From positions 72,046,001 through 72,110,000 of the forward strand of contig CM052817.1 in assembly GCA_028534125.1 (NCBI GenBank): 64,000 nucleotides of DNA, written 5' to 3'. Shown here one piece after another: positions 37,264-48,649 of the stretch. Every line of letters begins with the position of its first letter. Within the stretch, counting starts at the first letter, position 1. Both the position numbers and the translations under genes were made by a program. Below the pieces are notes generated by a model. It was not told the DNA's origin. It saw only the letters and a program-made list of their open reading frames with translations, and did not search any database. Source of the DNA: Lama glama (taxonomy: Eukaryota).

Positions 37264-38127
37264 CACATAGTATAAATAACTTGAGGATATGCATGTAGAT
37301 AAGAAAAATATGTAGGAAGTTTTAAGTACTCTGACTTGACAAATGAGGCATGATAGAGTAGAGTAATAAGGTTGGTAAACCTCTAAATGATGTCAGTGTT
37401 TCATGCTGCCCCGCATAGGATATTAGCCACAGACATTCGTGTTATTTATTGCTGTCATTATGCACTTTTTTTCATCCATGGCAACTTCTCAGAAACCATA
37501 TTGTTAGTTCAGACGAGGAAAGATACTATTTCAGATTTTGATCTAAAGCATCTTAATGGTATTTTTATTATATAGAGGACCACATTACTGTTTCAGACCA
37601 CATTTTGCAATTTCTATGCTTATTGAGGTTGTAATGAATACTCATGTATTCTCTTAACTTCAGAGAGGTTCGTAACATTGCTATATACTAAAAGATGGCT
37701 ACCTCTCTTTTAGACTTTAGTTTTCAAATGAATTATACCTTTAAGAATAAAAAAGAAAAAGAAAAAAAATTATCCTGTTCTGAAGGTTTGAAGGCGGTGA
37801 TGGACTGTGTAACATGTGACTCTGTGTCTTTGTTTTCCTAGGTGTCTCATTTAGACATGAGGCCTCACAAGTCTAGCAGATTTAAAGCAAATCCACGAGA
37901 CATGAGAGAGCATGAGTGAAAGAGTAATTATATCAGAACAGCAATACTGCTCCTCTCTTTTGTTATTGTTGTTGTTAAAATGATCTCTGTGCTGAGAACC
38001 ATCAAAGTGAAAGAGTGTGGCCGCACGATCCTTTTGAGTGCAAGAGTTTTAAGGATTTGCACATTTGCACACACACGCACACAGGCACATGTGCTTGATA
38101 GTGGGAGAATATTTAAATTATTTACTC

Positions 38128-38410
38128 TGAGCTGCTCACTTGGTTAGAAAATACTATTCTTGAGGCCAAGGTCATGAGTTCAAATTCCAGGTGGTCAAGA
38201 GAACTTTGCATGGAAAAGGACTTGGTCCCAAAGCTGTGGATTGCCTCTTTAATCTCAGTCCAGCATGTGGCATTGTTATTGTCGTACACGTCAAATCGAG
38301 TGGGCTGACAGTTTCATGCAAACCTGTCTCCGGTCCTGGACTGACCACTCAGCAAAGACACAACTGGTGAGTCACCAGCATTCTCTCTGCACTTAAAGAA
38401 CCTATGCATT
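38128..38410 (+). mobile_element. Ancient tRNA-headed SINE (MamSINE1-like)
   Basis: A-box-like GCTCACTTGGTTAGA and B-box-like GAGTTCAAATTCC in tRNA spacing, with GAGGCCAAGGTC; downstream body (TGCAAACC, ACTCA, GGTGAGTCA) colinear with the recalled MamSINE1 consensus. Confidence 0.65.
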
Positions 38411-40050
38411 TCAGATAATTTTCATGCTTACTCTGACGAAGCAAGATTGAAGAAAAGCTCAAAAATAATGTCTGCTTTTATGGGTACACACTAAGATGTT
38501 GGTTTGGAGAATTTATTCTGAGAAGAAAGACTTCAAAACAAAAAAACAAAACAAAAAAATCAAAATATCTGTAATAAAAAGGGTCCAAGAGAGTCATAAA
38601 AACCCAAACCTTTAATATTATCACCTTCAGTCCAAAGAATCCTTCTGCTCTCTCTTGCATATCTTATTTCTTCTTCTCCATTGTCTAGTAAAATTATAAT
38701 TGATATATATATATGTAAAACATAGAACTTGAAGCTTTTATGAATATTCATATAAATTCAAAGTTTCAAGGGTACTGAAAATCTTCTCTTATATTAGTTC
38801 ATTGCTTGGGAAGTCAGGGATGCAAATACTAAACAGTAGGGAAATTTTAAGCCAAATCACATGCAAATAAGTAAATATAAATAAAAATATTTTGGCTTCT
38901 GAAATCAGCTGTTTTTAAAAGTTTCCTCAAAGCTGTTAAGATCAGATGCACTCAAATCGTGCGTTCTTCAAGCATATTCTCCTGGTAAATGTCATGCTCT
39001 GAATAGATTCAGAGGAAATTGGAATTAAACTTAGGCTCGTGTTCTTGTTGATCTACACATATTACTGAATTCAGTTTCGATAAAAATCCTTTTTTCTTAG
39101 TCAACTGCAGGCTAGAAATTGTTAGGCAAGAGGAGAAAAGTTCCACTTAAATTTTTACTCCTTTGAAAGTTCATTAGATAAGTTTGCTTTTTCAAGTTGA
39201 TTTCAAGTTGATATTATGTCTTTACTATCAAATTGGGATTAAACATCAAGTTCAACGTTTGTGACTATCCCTGATACCCAGGAAGTTCAGCAGCCCTGGT
39301 TCACCCACTGCTCAGGACAAGCGTTTGCGGCTTATGAAATAGCACTGAGTGAGAAATACCCACACTAAGCATCAATGAGCATAATCCAAGTAGGTCAGAG
39401 CTCTGAACTAATTAGATCTTCAAGAACTGAGGCTAAAATTCATTTTAGAAGTAAAAAAAAAATCAAAATCCGAGAGCAGGGAGCCTTCCTCGCCAGCATC
39501 CCAAAGACATTAAGCTTGCAAAGGCATTTCCCTAGGAAGGGAATTGCTTTTTCGTTCTTGTTCACGGCTGATCCGTGAGAAAGCTTACTGTCTTCGTGTA
39601 AAACTTCATGGAGAAGGGAAATTGAAAATGAATGTCATATTGTTGGTTGGGCTGACAACCACAATATTACTTACATTTTGGAATTTCAAAACCTGAAGAG
39701 CATTGAGGTTAAATAAATCGCTCTCAGGTAACAATTAAGAAAGATAATAAATCAACGTAAGGACTCAAGATTTTGGCTTTAGTTATATTCTTAGGCACAC
39801 TGATCTATATTATTCTTGTGTAATTTATTCCTTTCTTTGTATATTTTCAGTCCTTATAAGTTTTGTTGTATGATGTTTGACCCTAGAATTTTTATTTGTT
39901 GTAAACTGAAAGTGCATATGAGCTTGTTTGTAATTTAGAGAGACAGAGCTTCTTTACAAGAGTTTTCCTCAAAAGAGGGGCTCGATGCACTGACAGTGAT
40001 CAGAGCATATGCTAATCTTCAGGCTCATTTCCTTATCTGGTAGCAAAATA

Positions 40051-40103
40051 CTTTTAATATGTGTAAAGAGTCTCAGAAGTCTTTTAATATGTGTAAAGAG
40101 TCT
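40051..40103 (+). repeat. Perfect 23-bp direct repeat with 7-nt spacer
   Basis: CTTTTAATATGTGTAAAGAGTCT at 40051-40073 and 40081-40103; spacer CAGAAGT. Confidence 0.95.
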
Positions 40104-41044
40104 TTAGGACAAAAAGAAATCGAACAGTCATGTATGTATTATATGTATACGTACATATAATTTTATGTGTTGTAACTGACCCTCCTATAAATTGTATCTA
40201 TGACAAAATATATTGATTTCTCATCAACAGCATAAGGAGAATTTAAATTTTAAGTATGACGTATGTTCATATTTTTCAAATAAATACTGGATAGCAGAGG
40301 TCAGCAGCACTGATAAGAGATGTGTCTGGTGATTATTAGCACCAGACACTGATGTTAAGTGGTGATTGCATTGCAGGAGTGCACAGCTTTAACGACAGGA
40401 TCTCAATGTCTTTAATGGTTATTAAAAACAATCTTTATTTTGATGTGTAGGGAAACCAGGGTTGAAATAATTGAATGGCTTTGTAGTGGTATGTGGCAAT
40501 TTAGAATTAGATGTAAGATCTTCCACTAAATATATGGGAGTTCCTAAATCTGTAAATGCTATTTTAATATTTGAATACTAGTTATTTTGACAGATGAACT
40601 ATGCATATAGATAACACAGATGCCCACAGGTACAATTTATTTGTTAAAGGTCCCATTTCCAGGAGTAACTGAATAAATAATTTAATTAGTGAAAGATAGA
40701 AATCAGATCACTGAATTTTTTTTAGCAGTTACCAGTGGTTAATTCTGAGTTCTGCAGCAAATTCTCTAAATCATTTCCAAAAAATAAAGCCTACTTAAAT
40801 GTTAGGTTTCTTATTACTCTTCTCCAAGAATTACTGGTGCAAGCAAAAACTGTGCTTTACTTAAGTCCTAAAGTTCATCGTCAGTTGACCCATATTACCC
40901 ATCATTTATCCTGAGTGCTGTAGCCTATAAACAGACTAAAGCCAAAGAAGACATCCAGTTATTCTGGGAATGAACATGGTGTAATAGCTGTAGGAGTTTA
41001 CTGGAAAGACCTAGAAGTCTTAGAGTCCAGATCTGGTTCTTGTA

Positions 41045-41998
41045 CTGACTTGACATCCTCTCTTGGATGTTTCAAAGACACCTCAGAATCAGCATGTGTG
41101 AGACTGAACTCATGATCTTCTCTCAGACCCGGTCATCTTTCAGTGTTTCCTAGCTCAGCAACGGCACTAGCGTCCAGCCAGCGCGAAGCTCAGAAACCTA
41201 AAAGTTGTCCTTTACACCTCCATCTTCCTAACCCCCCTCATTCCATCCATCACTGGATCCTGTGGGTTTTCCCCCTGTAATACCTCAAATCTGCCAGTTT
41301 ATCTCCATCTCTGCTGCCTCCACCCTAGTCCAGGACGCCATTGTCTCTTGCCTGGACTCATGTCTTCTGAGTGGTCTGTGAGTCATCGCTCCCTGTGCAC
41401 ACTACAGCAGAGTGACGTACTCAAAATGTAAATCTACCTCCACTTCCCTGCATAAAACTCTTCACTTATCTTCAGATAAATGGAGGGTGGGGAGGCGTCT
41501 TAGTCAGAACTGGAAGGCACCACATGCCGTCTGCGACTCAGCCCTCCAGCTTCACGGCGCCCGTTCTCCTCTCTCTGCTGAGGCCAAATGAAGTCACCTT
41601 TTTTCAGTCACTCATGTTTGCCTGCCACAAGGCTTTTGCCCTGGCTTTCCCCTCTGCTTGGGACCCCCTTCATTCTCGTCTTTGCCTTGTTAACTCCAAC
41701 TCATTTCTCAGGTCTCAGCTTGCATCAGCTCCTCAGGGAGACCGTCCCTGCCGGTACTAAGTTAAGGTTCCCACTGAGAGGCTTCCCTTGCCCTCTCTGC
41801 CTTGGGAGCCTCTTACATATGTGGATGCGGTCGACTGTTACAGTGATAGCAGTGACTTCCCGCCTCCCTCCCCACTAGAGACGATGAATTTTGTAGGACT
41901 GGAGACAGAATCTATGTTTCTTTATCAGTATGTTTTTAGTACTCGGTAACATGCTGGGTGCCTGATAGTTTCTTGATGAATAATGAATGAATAAATGA
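41045..41998 (+). mobile_element. L2 LINE 3' portion, about 950 bp
   Basis: GACATCCTCTCTTGGATGTTTCAAAGACACCTCA, CAGAAACCTA, CCACCCTAGTCCAGG...TCTCTTGCCTGGACT, CTCAGGTCTCAGCT and tail GAATAATGAATGAATAAATGA. Confidence 0.9.
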
Positions 41999-42433
41999 TC
42001 TAGCTATTATCTTTGGATAAGTTGTTAACTACTTATGCTGTGGTATCCTTGTCTGTAGAATGTTTAATACTTTTTAAACATTCTTTCAGATTTTTTTCTA
42101 ATTGCATCCAAAATATCGCAAATTTGAAATTAAGTTGGGAGTTAGTTTGGAAACCTGTTCGGTGCTCTCTCATTGTACCCATCTGTGATTGCTGGATGGA
42201 GAAGGGGTCCAGGTAGAGCACGAAGAAGAGAGAAAAAGAGAGTGCAGAAAAGAGAAAACAAATACATAGAAAACATCTGGAAGGAAAGCAAAGGAGTGAC
42301 AGGTGGGTTAAGCTGAAAGTGGGTAAAGCCAGGGACTGAGTGTGATCTTTTTCTTTACTCCACGTGTTAAGGAGAAAAGAAGTTTTAACCTCATATAGTG
42401 AAGTGCTTTCAAGCTTATGTGCTCCTCCCTCAC

Positions 42434-42434
<1 letters not shown>

Positions 42435-42472
<38 letters not shown>
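42435..42472 (+). repeat. (AC)19 microsatellite
   Basis: Read directly. Confidence 0.97.
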
Positions 42473-42474
<2 letters not shown>

Positions 42475-44159
42475 AGAGCTGGCTTGACTGACTTAGTGAG
42501 CTAATGGAGGACTTGTGATCTGAACTCAGGATTCCTGACTCCCACACTCTTGCCTTTCATCAGATTAAAATCTCTACACATCTTTTGTGTTAGTGGGTAG
42601 TAAGTTTAAAGTATATTTGAGCTGTCATTTAAAAATTTGTCGTCTATAAGGAAATTAAGGGAGAGGGTAAAAAGAGAGAGAAAGAAATCTGGATTGCATT
42701 TTCCTGACCCATAAGGGGATTTTACTAAGAAAACAGACTTTAACGTAAACAACCTCTATATTCTTCATGTTGTCTTTTAAAATAATGATTCTGTAAATAA
42801 CTTACTTTTCCTAAAATGCGTAAGTTGGATTCCTAAGATCCTTTTTTCCGGAGCCTTGTTTCAGGTTCAGCCAAAGACAAAATCTTCCAAACTTTTGATA
42901 TTCTTTTGCTCACAGCAGCTTTTCAAAAGGTAGATGACTAGGAAATGTACTTTCGTTCTCCACTTAGTGCTCAAACATTAGTTTGACTTTAATAGGCTGG
43001 GATGATTTCAGCTTATAAATCTTCAACTGGAGGATAAAGTTCAAGTAGATAAAATCAAACAGATGTTGGTGGGAGGGTTTCTTCATGACCCATAAAAGTG
43101 CTATCATCAAAGCCGAGAATCATTTGTTTTGAATTATTACACTGTTATCAAAAGGACTGTAGCAGTCTGTTTGTTGAGGAATTGGATCTGTTTATCTGAA
43201 AACAGAACAAAGATGCCATGCTAAGGCGTCCCTGGGAAAGTGTGGTTCAGATGATGGCTGACGGAGTGGGCTAGCTCTGAGACACTTTGATTGACATTTG
43301 TCAGCAAACATGGTAGCCAGGGTATGCCATTGCTGAGCCGTGTGGAAGAGCCCTGTGTTAACCAGAACTTGGCCACAGGCGGGGTGGGGGTCAGTGGGAG
43401 GGAAACCCTCTAAGTAAAACAAGAAAGCTCATTCCTCAGTGAATAATTAGCTGTCAATGAGGGGGAAAATAATCAATTTACTAAATTTTTAAATGGATGG
43501 CAAGGAAATGGTACTGAAATGCTCCCCCAGGAGCACTTGTCCTGAAACTGGTGTCAGCGCGAGGACCGTCTCATCTCCATAGGCTGTAAGTAGGACTAGT
43601 TCACACCTGTGTACGAAGGCAGGCCCGTGCCTTATACCTCAACTCTTCAAAATGTCTTTAGTCATCCTATTAAATCTGGTTTGTAGGATCAGATGTATTT
43701 TGGGGTTGGATGCACTCTGAGGGCAATGAAGAAATTAAAAATCTCAAAATACAATACAAACAAATGACTCTTTTGAGCATATAGGTAGTCATGTTGCTAC
43801 AGGGTGAAAATTGTGTTTATCAGAGTTCCTTTACAACTGATACATTCAGAACACGCCCCTTTTGTTATCAAAGTTGTCAGATACGTACTGAATTATCCTC
43901 GTAGTAGAACTGAACTAATCACTGGTTTTCTACTTCTCTAATACTAACCTCCCCCTTTGGACCTTGCAGACCCTCTATAATCTGGCCTTTCTCTAACGAG
44001 CCTCACTTTCCTCACCCTGGTGCTGACAAAAGTGCTCCGCTCTTTCCAGTTCTCTTGTTCTCATTGCTGTTATCAATTTCAAGTAACTTGTCTTCCCCTC
44101 TCAGATCTGTCTGTCTATGATTCTCTGCCTTAAAATTCTTTTTTTTCTTTTTCACTTCA

Positions 44160-44300
44160 AAAGCTCTTTTGAGACTTTGATAAAAGCTAAAATCATTTCC
44201 CAGAAAACATAGTTGTATTTAAAATTTTGCGTGCAATCTGAGGACATCCAAAGATCTGATGTCATTTTTGGTCCCCATCCCCTCCCCTCAGGATATGAGC
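44160..44300 (+). mobile_element. hAT-Charlie MITE fragment (MER103/Charlie4z-like)
   Basis: TTTGAGACTTTGATAAAAGCTA...CCCAGAAAA...AAAATTTTGCGTGCAATCTGAGG; subfamily uncertain. Confidence 0.5.
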
Positions 44301-46134
44301 CTCTGATAAATCCTTTAAGACCTGACAAAAGCCCTACTTCTCCATGAGACTAAGCTTTTGCAATACGTAGTGTGGACTGTTTTATATAACACTTAGTGAG
44401 GATGGCCTCAGGGTTTAAGAAGTTGGGTTCCAGCCCTGTTTCCTACTGGCTCTGTAACTGTAGGACCCAGCCTCTCTGGAATTTTCTGCACTGTAAATGA
44501 AGGGACTGATCTTTCATTTGCTCTAAGAAGTTTGTGATTCATGGCTTGTTCTTATTGTTCCAACTAGATTGTAAGCTCTTTGTGGGAAAGAGCCGTACCT
44601 TATCCATTCTCTCTACATTATAGATTATCTAACATAATTCTCACTTCCAGAAATTAACCAGCCAACATTTTCCAGGTACGTGCTTGGAAGAAAATAAAGC
44701 AAGCAGCATACTACCTGGCTTTTTCTCTGAGCTGAACTTTCGTTGTGCTTAATTCAGAAGCAGACGTTTTAACTTAAATGAAAAATCATGTGGCCTCCCA
44801 TTGGCTTTATTTTCTTACACTTTACCCCTTTACTTCAAAAATTCAGTTTACTTTGTCTACAACACTGTATTAATGAAGAATCTTGATTTTTATTCCTAGA
44901 AAATATTTTTCTTTTTCTTTTTGGGGAAGTTGTTTTAGGGGATATATGATCATGCTGCATAAATATCATTTCACATTTGCCTCTGAATAAATCTTTTCCA
45001 CACCCATTTAATCGCAAACATGCAATGCCTTCCCTCTATAACTTTTTCAAAGGACTAAGAAAAGCAAACGCTATAAATGGGGAAGTGTTACACGTGGGGA
45101 ACACTGCTCGAATGGAAATGCAGTCACAGGACTGCAGTATCCTCAAGGGAAAGCCTGGGACATCTGGTACCCCAGAAAGGGCCATCTTTAAATGGATGGT
45201 AGATGTCCTCCCTTACTTGATTGAGCTGCTGGTGGGGATGTGACGGTGGTGGTGACACCTCTAGCAAGCCAGTCTAACATTCTAGGGACTTTCACAGTGG
45301 AAGTTACCATGCCTAACACTGCCGAGAGCATTAGGTCACATCCAAAGCTTGCTCTTTCTTTTCCCCTCTTCTTGTCCAGGAAACATTCCTCAAGAAGAGG
45401 AGGTCTGATATGAATCAAAGACTCAAGGGGTGACCTTAATGATAGAGAGTTTCTGTAGGAGAAACAAAATGGTTTAATTAGAATTGATTAAATTGGGAAA
45501 AGCTTCTCTCGCTTCCCTTTTTGTTCATTGAGAGCTGATGTTTGGGATTGCACCTCTCCGGGGAGCTGGTATTTTGTATGGGTACTGGACCTGTCTCTCC
45601 GTCATATTTCCTATTCTCTCCCTTCAACACTCATACGCAAACACACACGCACACACTCATGATTCAGTTGGAGCTCAAATAAAGAACATGTGGGGAGAAA
45701 ATTAGTTAGGGAAGCCTCCTGATTTGGTTGGGCTTGTCTTCCTTGTTTATTTCCTATTTACTTCTGTACAGGGCTGAGATCAGGGTAGAACCCTAGAGGA
45801 AAGTAAGCAAAGGGGCAGAGTGTGGAAGCCTTAAATTCAGAGGATTAATGATTCTTTAGGCGCACTTTTGATGGACCCAAATTTACCGGCATTGAAATGA
45901 GCAGGAAGTTGGAGTAAAACTCAACTAGTTAAAGAAAAAAAGAAAGACCAAGAGAAAGACAAAAAGAAGGAAGGAAGGAAGGACAATATTCATCTGTGGT
46001 GTTCTCTGTACAAACATCTTTGAAAATCTAACATGATGGTCAGAAATAGACTTGTAAATGATTATTTTAATCTCTTACTCTCTTTGAAGACCACTAACAT
46101 TTAACTGAAAACAAAACAAAATAAAACAAAAGCT

Positions 46135-46480
46135 TCAAGAGCTTTGGCCAAACTCAGGACAGAGGCCTGCTTTGTTTGGCCCACCCACACAGTGTGTTTT
46201 TATTTTTATTTTTTGTAATTGCCAACATTTAAAACTTAAGAAATTTCTGATAAAATCCTTAATTTTGGGATTCTCCAAAAAATGGGAAGAGCTAGCAAAT
46301 ACGGGTTCACGTTCCCACAGGATACAATCATCTGGAGCACCTTAGCAGCTGACTGTGCAGGGGGAATGCGACCTCTGGTCTGCAGCAGTCCATACCATTC
46401 CTCAGTGCTTCCTCCTAGAATTGCACTGACTGGGCATCCTCACCTCACACAGCGGGCATTTAAATATGCAAACAGTGTTC
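46135..46480 (+). mobile_element. MER102-like hAT-Charlie DNA transposon
   Basis: TTTGTTTGGCCCAC...ACAGTG, TTGCCAACATTTAAAA, GGAAGAGCTAGCAA and TTCCCACAGGATACAATCATCTGGAGC. Confidence 0.7.
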
Positions 46481-47149
46481 TTAAATGTTTCCAGGTGAAG
46501 TCGGCTAATAAATTTTCTGCAGTCATAAGAGTTTTATAACAAAGATTGTAATCTACCCTGTTCCATACACCTTTACTTTTCTGAAGACATTATTTCACCA
46601 AATAACCATTTCTCGTCTAGTCAAAATGAGTCTTTCTCTTGAATACTTATTTTCTATGGGTTTAATCATTTTTACTGTTTTTCAGACCACCTTCACAATC
46701 TATAGAAAGCCAAATCTGTAAGGTTTTAAACCCACACTAATATGGACTTTTCTCAGATTACATTAAGAAAAGGATTGGGAGAATTTTAGGGGCTCGTTAG
46801 TATTCAATGGCTCTTGCAGATTTCTGAGTAGAGTTAGGTTTTTTTTTTAATATGTTTAGCATTTTTTTTGGCTAAAATTCATAGTTGCTTTTAGTTCTTT
46901 TTGGAGTTTGTCTGATTCATCCATCTACCTATTTACCTGCCTACCTACCTGCCTATAGCCACAGCCAGCAAGTAGGATCACTAATGTTTATAGATGGGGA
47001 AGTCAGGGTCAATCCTCTTCTTTTTTTAAGTTCATTCTTTTACTTCTCCATTTAACAAATGTTTATTTATACAATATCTATTTTATTTCAGACACTGTAC
47101 TAGGCACTAAAGGTGTAACTAAGTATGAGTCATAATTTCAGATTTCAAG

Positions 47150-47290
47150 ATTCATCATTTTACAGAAAAGGAAAGTGAGAGCTGTAGCTAAATGATTTGT
47201 CTAAGGTTGTATAATTAACTAAGGTAGAGCAAGGATTTGAACATTCACCTGTTGGATTTGGACGTCCCTGTTTTTTCCATTATGCAGCAT
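47150..47290 (-). mobile_element. MIR SINE fragment
   Basis: TCATTTTACAGAAAAGGAAAGTGAGA...AAATGATTTGTCTAAGGTT...GGTAGAGCAAGGATTTGAAC. Confidence 0.75.
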
Positions 47291-47329
47291 TTTTTTTTAC
47301 TTTTAATTTTTCATTAAAACAGACTAATT

Positions 47330-47563
47330 GTTTATTTATGTATTTAATTGAAGTGTAGTCAGTTTACAGTTTTGTGCTAATTTTTGTACAGGCTAATAGT
47401 TCAGTCATCCATATACATACATATATTCATTTTCATATTCTTTTTATCATAGGTTACTACAAAATATTGAATATAGTTCCCTGTGCTGTACAGAAGAAAC
47501 TTGTTGTTTATCTATTTTATGTATAGTAATTAGTGTCTGCAAATCTTGAACTGCCAATTATTC
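47330..47563 (-). mobile_element. 5'-truncated L1 3' end, camelid-like subfamily
   Basis: TTAATTGAAGTGTAGTCAGTTTACA...CATATACATACATATATTCATTTTCATATTC...ATAGGTTACTACAAAATATTGAATATAGTTCCCTGTGCTGTACAGAAGAAACTTG...CTGCAAATCTTGAACT. Confidence 0.9.
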
Positions 47564-48248
47564 CTTTCTAAGTATCAGATAATCACAGGTAATCAGCCAT
47601 AAATAAGCATGACTTATATAACTGGAACATTATTTCTGACTTCTCTAATTGTCCCATTTTTTGGATGTGAACTCTGGCAGATTCTATGACTTTTTCAGTC
47701 ACTCTTAAGTAAAAGAAAGTACAATGGTCACTAAATCATGAGCAAAATCTCAACTCAGAAATCAGAATGCCAGATGGAATACATGAACCAACCTCTCCCC
47801 ACCTCCCCTCTCCCGTTCCCCCACTCCCGTCCTTAGCTCCTCTCTCTCCATCCGCCAGCACACAGCTGTCTGTATGCTGCAATTTGGCCTGTGGGGGCTT
47901 CGCTCTGTTTCAAAAAGTCTCCTCTTCTGGGCCCTTTGAATTGTGGTGCTTGTATTCACTCAGCAAATATTTCTGTTTCCCAGAAGCATGGTATTAAACT
48001 CAAAAACAAACAAAAAATAAAATGAACAAAAACTAACTGACATGTTGAAAGAAAGAGATCATGAAAGAAAGGAAAAAAATATATATCTTCCTAACTCCAA
48101 TGGCACTTTTTTCCTGTTTTTCCTTTGTGTTGACACTAGACAGAGTAGCCAAGGTAGAAGCTGTGAGGCCATCAGCAAGCACGGTATTCAGTTAGGCCCA
48201 GGGTGGTGACGCCTTGGACCAGGGGGATGCAGCATTGGTTTATTTCTC

Positions 48249-48353
48249 ATATATATATATATCTCCTTCTAAAATATATGTGTATACACACACACACACA
48301 CGTGTGTGTGTGTGTATACATATATATGTGTGTGTATATATATATATATATAG
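48249..48353. repeat. Compound (AT)n/(AC)n/(GT)n microsatellite with a central palindrome
   Basis: (AC)8 at 48286-48301 abuts (GT)7 at 48302-48315; flanked by (AT) runs. Confidence 0.95.
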
Positions 48354-48418
48354 ATATGTTGTACTCGAAGGATTTTCTTTCCTCCTCACTTCTAGCCATG
48401 TGGCAATTCAGATAATTC

Positions 48419-48492
48419 CTTTTTTTTAATTAAAGTATAGTTGGTTTACAATGTTGTGTTAATTTCTGGTGTACAGCATAGTGATTCATTTA

Positions 48493-48523
<31 letters not shown>

Positions 48524-48649
48524 GTGTGTGCATATATATATATATGTATTTATCTATATATATTTACTCCTTTTCATGTTCTTATAGGCTATTACAAGGT
48601 ATTGAATATTGTTCCTTGTGCTATACAATAAGATCTTGTTCTTAGCGAC
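48419..48649 (-). mobile_element. 5'-truncated L1 3' end with target-site duplication and internal microsatellite
   Basis: Poly-T, then AATTAAAGTATAGTTGGTTTACAATGTTGTGTTAATTTCTGGTGTACAGCATAGTGATTCA; TCAGATAATTC at 48408-48418 and 48650-48660. Confidence 0.93.

Noticed and set aside
38128..38200. tRNA gene
   Set aside because: A- and B-box-like motifs are present but the cloverleaf stems do not pair, and the downstream sequence continues as a SINE body.
39190..39211. Tandem 11-mer TTTCAAGTTGA x2, and TTGAAAATTTAAC x2 at 26717-26753
   Set aside because: Ordinary short slippage duplications.
40051..40103. CRISPR-like repeat-spacer
   Set aside because: Only two repeats, a 7-nt spacer, mammalian context and no cas genes.
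42033..42470. 145-aa ORF, the longest in the track
   Set aside because: Starts inside the (AC)n microsatellite (CVCVCV) and continues as low-complexity F/L/S-rich sequence.
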